The translations under genes and the position numbers were made by a program. 64,000 nt of DNA from the NCBI GenBank assembly GCA_951406725.2, contig OX597842.1:1674001-1738000 (forward strand), written 5' to 3'. The notes beneath the pieces were generated by a model. That model had not been told where the DNA came from. It saw only the letters and a list, made by a program, of their open reading frames with translations, and searched no databases. The stretch comes from Octopus vulgaris. Taxonomy: Eukaryota. Below, piece after piece: positions 52,900 to 64,000 of this stretch (positions are counted from its first letter, which is position 1; each line of letters starts with the position of its first letter).

Positions 52900-53530
52900 T
52901 ATAAACTTAGATAAACTTAGATATGTTTCGACCAGAGATTGGTCCAGGCCATGTCTAACTTAATAGCACCACCTGATAGGATTATTCGAATCCTGTTTAA
53001 GTCAAGTTTTGTTCAAGTAGTGAGTTCTTGTTGGGTGAGTTGTATCCAGTTTTGTTCAAGTAGTGAGTTCTTGTTGGGTGAGTTGTATCCAATTATGGGT
53101 GGCTTATCTGGTATTCTTTGAAGGAATCTATCCAGACTCTGTTTAAAGTTGATGGGATCCTTTTCCTCTTTGATCTCTCTTGGGACAATGTTAAATAGGG
53201 CAGGGCCTGTTGAGGAAAAGAAATTATGTTGCAGTGTACATGTATGTTGTGATCTTGAATTTGGCAGGGGACGTATAGCCCGTGGTCCAAGTCTTGGATG
53301 AACCTTGAAGCTAATGTTTAGGTCGTTTGGGCAAAGTTGGCGGTATATTTTCCACATCGTACAAATGATGTACCGCTCACGGCGACGCTGGAGGGAGTAA
53401 AGTTTCAAGGCTTTAAGGTGATCCCAATAATCAAGAGCGGCCATGCCTTCAATTTGTTTAGTGAGAGCCCTCTGGGGTGACTCAATTCTGGAGATGTTTT
53501 GTCTTGTGTGAGGAGACCACAGTGGGCAGA
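52900..53530 (-). mobile_element. CR1/Jockey-group LINE 3' end with short tandem tail
   Basis: WSPHTRQNISRIESPQRALTKQIEGM...LKLYSLQRRRERY; tail atctaagttt repeated; ~42 bp duplication at 53008/53050. Confidence 0.8.
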
Positions 53531-53673
53531 GTGCGGTGAATAAACTGTTGTCTAAATTACACAAAACTGAAAATAACACATCTAATCTTAACAGATATAT
53601 TTACCAGAATTGCATAAAAATACTAAAGAGTAAATTTATTCAATAAAAGTGCATTGAAACAAGTAAAAGAGAG

Positions 53674-53719
<46 letters not shown>

Positions 53720-53721
<2 letters not shown>

Positions 53722-54475
53722 CCTTTCTACTAAAGGCAGAAGGCTGGAAATTTTGATTTGAGGGAGGAGTTAAGTCGATTACATCGACCCCAGTGCATAA
53801 CTGGTACTTATTTGATCGACCCTGAAAAAATGAAAGGCAAAGCTGACCTCAGCAGAATTTGAACTCAGGGGCTAAACACAGAGAGGACAAACAAATGGAT
53901 TAAGTCTATTATATTGACCCCAGTGCGTAAATGGTACTTATTTAATCAACCCCGAAAGGAGGAAAGGCAAAGTCAACCTCGGCGGAATTTGAACTCAGAA
54001 CATAACAGCAGATGAAATACCACTAAGCATTTCGTCCGGCGTGCTAATGATTCTGCCAGCTCGCCGCCTTAATAATAATAATGATAATCCGTTCTACTAT
54101 AAGCTCAAGGACTGAAATTTAAAGGAGGGGACGGGTCGATTATATTAACCCCAGTATTCAACTGGTACTTATTTTATCGACTCTGAAAGGATGAAAAGCA
54201 AATTCGACCTCGGTGGAATTTGAACTCACAACTTGAAATATAATAATAATAATAATAATAATAATCCTTTCTACTATAAGCACAAGGCCTGGAATTTTGT
54301 AGGATGGTCTAGTTGATTACACTGACCCCAGTATTAAACTGGTATTTATTTTACTCCCTCCAAAAGAATAAAATTCAAAGTCAACCTCAGTGGAATTTGA
54401 ACTCGGAAATTTAAGAACCGAAAGAAACGCACAGTTGCATTTTGTCTGATCTGCTAATGATTCTGCCAACTTGTC
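53720..54475 (-). mobile_element. Cluster of SINE B copies separated by (AAT)n
   Basis: Repeated gaaaggcaaagtc-gacctcggcggaatttgaactc. Confidence 0.8.
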
Positions 54476-54493
54476 ATGTTAATAATAATGATG

Positions 54494-54524
<31 letters not shown>

Positions 54525-54579
54525 TAATGACAAAATCTAATTACAATAGTATAATTCATAGGTGTATAAAGAAGGAAAA

Positions 54580-55430
<851 letters not shown>

Positions 55431-55838
55431 CCTTCTACACCACCACCTGCGCACCCACCCATGCCCACTCCTTCCTTATATATATCACCAAAAGACCAGA
55501 TCTTTTACAAAGAGCTTCAGCTTTAGTTGTACGACCAACCAACCGACCGGGGAGGCCCATAATTTAAGATTTACAGTTTCTACATGACTAGATACTTATT
55601 AGAACCGCTCCGAACCCAACAGCCCCACCACCACCACCATAACTACTCCCTCCACCATTATCATTACTACCACCTCTGCCATCGCCATCGTCATTGTCCC
55701 CATCACTGCATCTAACAAAAATAGCAATGTTAAGATGATGAAGATGGTGATGAGGAAGAAGCTAATATTTTAATGGCTGTTATCTGGTCGGTTAACAATA
55801 AGCGTTTAAGTTTGCCGTTGTCGAACAGAAAGATATTA

Positions 55839-56650
55839 GGTGGCGAGCTGGCAGAAATGTTAGCAAGCCGGGCGAAATGCTTAGCGGTATTTCGTCTGAT
55901 GCTACGTTCTGAGTTCAAATTCTGCCGAGGTCGACTTTGCCTTTCTTTCTTTATACTTCCATGGATTATACTATTATAATTAGATTTTGTCGCTGTTGTT
56001 GTTGTTATGTTTAAATAAGTACCAGTTATGCACTGGAGTTGATGTAATCGACTTAATTCATTTGTCTGTCCTTGTTTGTCCCCTCTGTGTTTAGCCCCTT
56101 GTGGGTAGTAAAGAAACAGGTATTTCGTCTGCCACTACTTTCTGAGATCAAATTCCGCCGAGGTCCACTTTGCCTTTCATCATTTTGGGGTCGATTAAAT
56201 AAGTACCAGTTACACACTAGGGTTGATATAATCGACTTAATCTGTTTGTCTGTCCTTGTTTGTCCCCTCTGTGTTTAGCCCCTTGTGGGTAGTAAATAAA
56301 TAGAAATAGGTATTTCGTCTGCCGTTACGTTCTGAGTTCAAATTCTGCCGTGGTCGACTTTGCCTTTCATCCTTTTGGAGTCGATATAATCGACTTAATC
56401 TGTTTGTCTGTCCTTGTTTGTCCTCTCTGTGTTTAGCCCCTTGTGGGTAGTAAATAAATAGAAATAGGCATTTCGTCTGCTGCTACGTTCTGAGTTCAAA
56501 TTCCGCCAACGTCGACTTTGCCTTTCATCCTTTCAGGTCAATTAAATAAGTACCAGTTACGCACTGGGGTCGATATAATCGACTTAATCCGTTTGTCTGC
56601 CTTTGTTTATCCCCTCTGTGTGTAGCCCCTTGTGGGCAGTAAAGAAATAA
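55839..56650 (+). mobile_element. Head-to-tail array of about four SINE B units
   Basis: Unit ggtatttcgtctg...tttagccccttgtgggtagtaaa repeated. Confidence 0.8.
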
Positions 56651-57109
56651 GAAAGATATCAGTATTTTGTGGGGGAATTTAGCTAAGCTGGAAATGCAAC
56701 AGAAACGAGGCAGGTGGCACATGAGGAGCAACCAAGGAGTAATGTGTGTGTGTGGTGTCTTCTAAGATTTTATTCTTATACATTTAGTCTATTACTCATT
56801 GCAGTCATTTGACTGTGGCCATGCTGTAGCACTGTGTTAAAGGAAGGTTGAAGCCACCACCACCACCACGACCAGTACTTATATTTCCTTTTCTTATCTG
56901 TTAAGCCTGGATTCAAGGGCAAATTTGCTTTTATTTAGCTTTATGTAGGCGCAGGAGTGGCTGTGTGGTAAGTAGCTTGCTTACCAACCACATGGTTCCA
57001 AGTTCAGTCCCACTGTGTGGCACCTTGGACAAGTGTCTTCTACTATGGCCTCGGGCTGACCCAAGCCTTGTAAGTGGATTTGGTAGACGGAAACTGAAAG
57101 AAGCCTGTC

Positions 57110-57148
<39 letters not shown>

Positions 57149-58299
57149 GGCTGTGTGGTAAGTAGTTTGCTTACCAAACACATGGCTCCGGGTTCAGTCC
57201 CACTGCGTGGCACCTTGGACAAGTGTCTTCTACTATAGCCTTGGGCCAACCAAAGCCTTGTGAGTGGATTTGGTAGACGGAAACTGAAAGAAGCCCATCG
57301 TATATATGTATATATATATATATATGTATGTGTATATGTTTGTGTGTCTGTGTTTGTCCCCCAACATCGCTTGACGACCAATGCTGGTGTGTTTATGTCA
57401 CCGTCACTTAGCTGTTCGGCAAAAGAGACCAATAGAATAAGTACTGGGCTTACAAAGAATAAGTCCTGGGGTCGATTTTTCTCGACTAAAGTCAGTGCTC
57501 TAGCATGGCCACAGTCAAATGACTGAAACAGGTAAAAAAGTAAAAGAGTAAGAGTATGTGTCTTTCCAAGCATGGCAAACCACCAGAAGTCTCGGTCCCC
57601 TGTCAGCTCCTATGTGAGCCCTAATGTCTGTAGAGCGTATATAGATATTAGAAATGGAAGTGGTATAAATACTGTATGGCAGCATTTATATCCTACTTAA
57701 TATAACTCTGATGATGATGATATATATCAGTAGTTCTTGAGCTTTTTAATTTCTAGGCTAGATCTAAAACCTGAATTTTTTAGCAGGCCACATCTTAAAA
57801 ATTTAAAACCAGTCAAAAAATTTATATTATCTGTTATCTGTAGAAAAAAACTTGAGCGTGGCCGTTGCCAGTACCGCCTGACTGGCCCTCGTGCCGGTGG
57901 CGTATAAAAGCACCGACAACACACTCTCAGAGTGGTTGGCATTAGGAAGGGCATCCAGCTGTAGAAACTCTGCCAGATCAAGATTGGAGCCTGGTGCAGC
58001 CATCTGGTTCGCCAGCCCTCAGTCAAATCGTCCAACCCATGCTAGCATGGAAAACAGACATTAGACAACGATGTAGGCAGACTTCAATACATTTCCAATA
58101 ACATTTATTTCTCTCTCCCACCTTCCTTCTCATTCTTTGTCCTACTATGATAGCTAAATATCTCTTGTACAGGAAGACAACCTATCTCTGTCACTTTGTC
58201 ATATCCTGCTTGGCACACAACCGTTTTCCTCAGCTCCACTCCTTCTGTCAACTAAGAGGTCTTTGTCTTGCTAGTTACTTAGCAACCCTGATAGTACAG

Positions 58300-60420
58300 G
58301 TGCCACATAAAAGGCACCTGTGCCAGTGCTACATATGAAGTGTGCCAGTGTCACATAGAAAGTACATGTTCTGGTGCCACGTAAAAAGCACCTGTACTAG
58401 TGCAACATCGAAAGCACCTGCTCTGGTGCTACGTAAAAAGCACCTGTACCAGTGCTACATAGAATGCACCTGTTCTGGTGCCACGTAAAAAGCACCTGTG
58501 CCAGTGCTATATAGAAAGCACCTGCCGTAAAAAGTACCTGTACCAGTGCTAGATAGAAAGCACCTGCTCTGGTGCCACGTAAAAAGCACCTGTACCAGTG
58601 CTACATAGAAAACACCTGCTCTGGTGCCACGTAAAAAGCACCTGTGCCAGTGCTATATAGAAAGCACCTGCTCTGGTGCCACGTAAAAAGTACCTGTACC
58701 AGTGCTAGATAGAAAGCACCTGCTCTGGTGCCACGTAAAAAGCACCTGTACCAGTGCTACATAGAAAGCACCTGCTCTGGTGCCACGTAAAAATCACCTG
58801 TACTAGTGCTACATAGAAAGCACCTACTCTGGTTCAACGTAAAAATTACCTGAGCCAGTGCTACATAGAAAGCACCTACTCTGGTGCCACGTAAAATGCA
58901 CCTGTACCAGTGCTACATAGAAAGCACCTGCTCTGGTTCCACGTAAAAATCACCTGTACCAGTGCTACATAGAAAGCACCTGCTCTGGTGCCACGTAAAA
59001 ATCACCTGTACTAGTGCTACATAGAAAGCACCTGCTCTGGTGCCACGTAAAAATTACCTGAGCCAGTGCTACATAGAAAGCACCTGCTCTGGTGCCACGT
59101 AAAATGCACCTGTGTCAGTGCTACATAGAAAGCACCTGCTCTGGTGCCACGTAAAAATCACCTGTACTAGTGCTACATAGAAAGCACCTGCTCTGGTGCC
59201 ACGTAAAATGCACCTGTGTCAGTGCTACATAGAAAGCACCTGCTCTGGTGCCACGTAAAATGCACCTGTACCAGTGCTACATAGAAAGCACCTGCTCTGG
59301 TTCCACGTAAAATGCACCTGTACCAGTGCTACATAGAAAGCACCTGCTCTGGTGCCACGTAAAATGCACCTGTGTCAGTGCTACATAGAAAGCACCTGCT
59401 CTGGTGCCACGTAAAATGCACCTGTACCAGTGCTACATAGAAAGCACCTGCTCTGGTTCCACGTAAAAATCACCTGTACCAGTGCTACATAGAAAGCACC
59501 TGCTCTGGTGCCACGTAAAAATCACCTGTACTAGTGCTACATAGAAAGCACCTGCTCTGGTGCCACGTAAAAATTACCTGAGCCAGTGCTACATAGAAAG
59601 CACCTGCTCTGGTGCCACGTAAAATGCACCTGTGTCAGTGCTACATAGAAAGCACCTGCTCTGGTTCAACGTAAAAATTACCTGAGCCAGTGCTACATAG
59701 AAAGCACCTACTCTGGTTCCACGTAAAAATTACCTGAGCCAGTGCTACATAGAAAGCACCTGCTCTGGTGCCACGTAAAATGCACCTGTGTCAGTGCTAC
59801 ATAGAAAGCACCTGCTCTGGTTCAACGTAAAAATTACCTGAGCCAGTGCTACATAGAAAGCACCTGCTCTGGTTCCACGTAAAATGCACCTGTGTCAGTG
59901 CTACATAGAAAGCACCTGCTCTGGTGCCACGTAAAAATCACCTGTACTAGTGCTACATAGAAAGCACCTACTCTGGTTCAACGTAAAAATTACCTGAGCC
60001 AGTGCTACATAGAAAGCACCTGCTCTGGTGCCACGTAAAAATTACCTGAGCCAGTGCTACATAGAAAGCACCTGCTCTGGTGCCACGTAAAAAGCACCTG
60101 TACCAGTGCTACATAGAAAGCACCTGCTCTTGTGTCACGTAAAAAGCACCTGTACCAGTGCTACATAGAAAGCACCTGCTCTGGTTCCACGTAAAATGTT
60201 CCTGTACCAGTGCTACATAGAAAGCACCGGCCCTGGTGCCATGTAAAAGCACCTGTACCAGTGCTATATAGAAAACCCCTGCCTTGGTGCCACGTCAAAA
60301 GCACCTGTGCCAGTGCTACATAAACAAAAACCTTTGCTTGCTCCACATAGAAAGTATGTGGGCCAGTGGCACGTAAGAGTCACCAGTGCCACGAAATGCA
60401 TCTGTGCTGGTGTGACATAA
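58300..60420. repeat. ~52 bp minisatellite made of two related 26 bp subunits, inside a SINE D remnant
   Basis: agcacctgtaccagtgctacatagaa + agcacctgctctggtgccacgtaaaa; right flank resumes gtggttggcattaggaagggcatcca. Confidence 0.95.
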
Positions 60421-61974
60421 ATTGCACCTTTACTGGTGTCATGTTGGTGCTATCTAAAATTACCCCAACACAGTTTGTAAAGTGGTTGGCATTAGGAAGG
60501 GCATCCAACTGTAGAAATCAAGTCAAAACATGACTGGAACCAGGTGAATCTCTCCATCTTACCAGCTCTGGTAAAATCATCTAACCCAAGCAACAAACTG
60601 GCCTCCATGCCGGTGCCTTGTAAAAAGCACCAATTTAGCGTGATTGTTACCTGCGTCGCCTTACTCGCACTTGTGCTGGTGGCATGTGAAAAAACTTTTG
60701 AGTGAGGTCATAGCCAGTGCCACTGGATCGGCTCTTGTGCAGGTGAAGCATAAAAAGCACCATTTGAGTGTGACCATTGCCAGTACCGCCTAACTGGCCC
60801 TGGTGCCAGCGGCACGTAAAAGCACCGAGTACCCTCATGGAGTGGTTGGCATTAGGAAGGGATCCAGCTGTAGAAACTCTGCCAGATCAGATTGGAGTCT
60901 GGTGCAGCCATCCGGTTCACCAGACCTCAGTCAAATCATCCAACCCATGCTGGCATGGAAAGTGGATGTTAAACGATGATGATGATGACGAAGGCGGTGA
61001 GCTGGCAGAAACGTTAGCACGACGGGCGAAATGCGTAGCCGTATTTCGTCTGCCGTTACGTTCTGAGTTCAAATCCCGCCGAGGTCGACTTTGCCTTTCG
61101 TCCTTTCGGGGTCGATAATTTAAGTACCAGTTACGCACTGGGGTCGATGTAATCGACTCAATCCGTTAGTCTGTCTCTGTTTGTCCCCTCTGTGTTCAGC
61201 CCCTTGTGGGTAATAAAGAAACAGATATATATCTATGTCTATGAAGACACTACAGATGATGATGATATATCAGCATGGAGAGTGATCATTAAATCATGAT
61301 GATGACAAGAGGGAAGACCGTAACAGAAAATGGTAAGGCAATGATGTCTTGCAAACAACTTGCACATGCAAGTGCTATCAGTCGAAAGCTCCACAGGAGT
61401 GGCTGTGTGGTAAGTAGCCTGTCTACCAACCACATGGTTCCGGGTTCAGTCCCACTGTGTGGCACCTTGGGCAAGTGTCTTCTACTATAGCCTCGGGCCG
61501 ACCAATGCCATGTGAGTGGATTTGGTAGACGGAAACTGAAAGAAGCCCGTCGTATATATGTATATATATATATATGTATGCGTGTGTGTGTTTGTGTGTC
61601 TGTGTTTGTCCCCATAGCATTGCTTGACAACAGATGCTGGTGTGTTTGTGTCCCCGTCACTTAGCGGTTCGGCAAAAGAGACCGATAGAATAAGTACTGG
61701 GCTTACAATAGAATAAGTTCCGGGGTCGAGTTGCTCGATTAAAGGCGGTGCTCCAGCATGGCCGCAGTCAAATGACTGAAACAAGTAAAAGAGTAAAGAG
61801 TAAGAGTATACCAGAAGCCAGCAAGTGTATGGGGTCATCAGGAGAGAATGCGCACCATTTCAGGGCCTACCTCTCAACACCATCATTGCACACCATCTCC
61901 TTTTAACCAAATCCAGTCACTAACCTTTTCCACTGTATTTTGGATATCACTCATGGTGGTATTTTTTGTTTTTT

Positions 61975-62495
61975 CCTTCTCGAGCCATGCCTAGCTCATA
62001 AGGGCCGGTTTCCTGGTTTTCTTGGCATATAGGTTCCCCACCTGGACGGGACACTGGTCCGTCGCAGGTGAGCTGCAAGATGCAGGAGGAAAGAGTGAGA
62101 GAAATTTGTGGCAAAAGAGTCAGCAGTATATATATGTCTGTGTGTTTGTGTGTCTGTATTTGTCCCCACAACCTCGCTTCACAACCGATGCTGGTGTGTT
62201 TACGTCCCTGTAACTTAGCGGTTCAGCAAAAGAGACCGATAGAATAAGTACTAGGCTTACAAAGAATAAGTCCTGGGGGTCAATTTCCTTGACAAAAGGC
62301 AGTGCTCCAGCATGGCCGCAGTCAAATGACTGAAACAAGTAAAAGAGTAAAAGTGAAGTTTGCCATTACCTTCTGCCGGAGCCGCGTGGAGCTTAGGTGT
62401 TTCACTCAAAAACGCACAGATTGCCCGGTCTGAGATTGAACTTGCGATCCCGCAACCACAAGTCCACTGCTCTAATCACTAGGCCATCTGCCTCC
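61975..62495 (-). mobile_element. SINE C interrupted by the 3' half of a SINE A (62128-62352)
   Basis: gagtcagcag|aagtttgccatt is contiguous in the 50160-50466 copy and split here. Confidence 0.8.
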
Positions 62496-63217
62496 ATGGT
62501 GGTATTTACTTTATGATGAGTTAGGCCAAACGATAACAACAGTCACCTGACGCTGTATCCAACGGATCCTCTACATCTGATTCCAACTGGAAAATGCTCC
62601 GCTTTTTCAGCCTGCGTCTTCACATTCCTTTTAACTAGACCTGGGGTGAATTCATCTTACTTAAAATACTTCAAGGCAGTGCTCCAGCATGGCCTCAGTT
62701 GAATGAATGACATAAATAAAAGATTTCTCACAGCATTGTTTTTAATGGAAGTCTGGAATTCTTTTTTAAGCTCATTTTTTTTTTCTTCCGAAACATTGAT
62801 ATAAAAACAGAAATATTAATAAACCATTTTTTGATGCCAACCTGCATGTGACCACCCCTAGTTCTGCGATACAAACTACAAACATTTTATTTCAATGTAA
62901 TCTAAATTAAAATCTTCCATCAAAATTCTGTTCCAAACACTGCTTCGTTACTAAATTTTCCATTATTTTCATAAATGAAACAAAAGCAGCACATTTCAAC
63001 AAGAATACGGTAACAAAAGAGTTAATTAATTTTAATAACTCACAAATTGATTTAAAAAACAACATTATCTGGAGTAGCTGTGTGGTAAGAAGTCTGCTTC
63101 CCAACCACATCGTTCTGGGTTCAGTCTCCCTGCATGGCACCTTGGAGAAATGGCTTCTATTCTAGCCTCAGGTTATCCAAAGCCTTGTGAGTGGATTTGG
63201 TAGACAGAAATTGAAGT

Positions 63218-63536
63218 ATGGCTCAGTGGTTAGCGCATCAGACTCACAATCATGAGGTAGTGAGTTCGATTCCTGTACCAGGCTGTGTTCTTGAGCAAGA
63301 CACTATTTCACATTTTTCCAGTTCACTCAGCTTTTGAAACAAGTTGTGATATCACTGGTGTTAAGCTGTATTGGGCTTTGCCTTTCCCTTGGATAACATT
63401 GGTGGTGGGGAGAGAGGAGGCTGGTATGGATGGGTGACTGCTGGTCTTCCATAAACAACCTTGCCCAGACTTATGCCTCAGAGGGGAACTTTCTTGGTGC
63501 AATCCCATGGTCATTCATGACCGAAAGGACTCTTTA

Positions 63537-63540
<4 letters not shown>
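63218..63540 (+). mobile_element. Another tRNA-derived SINE with CORE-like motif
   Basis: TGGCTCAGTGG A box, GAGTTCGATTCC B box, cttgagcaagacact; no acceptor stem. Confidence 0.7.
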
Positions 63541-63583
<43 letters not shown>

Positions 63584-63587
<4 letters not shown>

Positions 63588-63700
63588 GTGAAAGAAGGTT
63601 TGAAAATGCAATTTTAAAAGATGTTTCTTTTAAAATTGCATTTTCAAACCTTCTTTCATATATAATTCCACTCGTGCGGTACCTTACAACTCCACTTTGT
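63584..63700. mobile_element. Small fold-back element with ~36 bp tail within (TA)n
   Basis: tgaaagaaggtttgaaaatgcaattttaaaaga-tgtt-tcttttaaaattgcattttcaaaccttctttca, then an unpaired tail. Confidence 0.7.
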
Positions 63701-63704
63701 TATA

Positions 63705-63775
<71 letters not shown>

Positions 63776-64000
63776 ATATATATATATATATATATGTACT
63801 ACTAATATAGGATGAAGTTTTTTTTCTCTACAGAAAAAAATCTCATCAAAAAATGTGGCAGAATATTAAAATACCTTTACGGTTAAAATTATAAACAACA
63901 TATAAATAAGAGCTAAAGAAAATTATTTCTATGCCAATATGCTGATAACAGACTTTTAAATCGTCAATTTCCACATGTTATTTACTCACTGTAGAAAAAA

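Noticed and set aside
58300-60420. Regular array superficially like a CRISPR locus
   Set aside because: No unique spacers, no cas genes, eukaryotic repeat context
63218-63290. Possible tRNA gene (also 37360-37430 and 50040-50117)
   Set aside because: A and B boxes are present but there is no acceptor stem, and each continues into a SINE body

Overview
AT-rich, repeat-dominated eukaryotic DNA with no recognisable host protein-coding exon, rRNA or intact tRNA. Almost every ORF in the supplied track is a translation of microsatellite or satellite DNA. The SINE and microsatellite content resembles coleoid cephalopod (Octopus-type) genomes; this is an inference from recalled repeat families, not a database result. 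The window contains at least five SINE families, truncated LINE pieces (RTE-like, CR1-like, L1/Tx1-like, R4/Dong-like), decayed Tc1 and mariner transposons, piggyBac-, hAT- and Helitron-type non-autonomous elements, a ~6 kb GGT/AGT-derived satellite and two SINE-seeded minisatellites. The most notable signal is about 20 type-I hammerhead ribozyme (HHR)-like motifs in short non-coding elements, mostly within (TA)n tracts. Several of these elements are long fold-back palindromes with an unpaired tail, resembling Penelope-like element termini. The cores include compensatory U3-A8 and G3-C8 swaps and C4/U6 variants. One family joins a tRNA-derived Pol III head to an HHR-bearing 3' end, i.e. a candidate ribozyme-carrying SINE. 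All structures were read by eye, so coordinates are approximate and ribozyme activity is untested.
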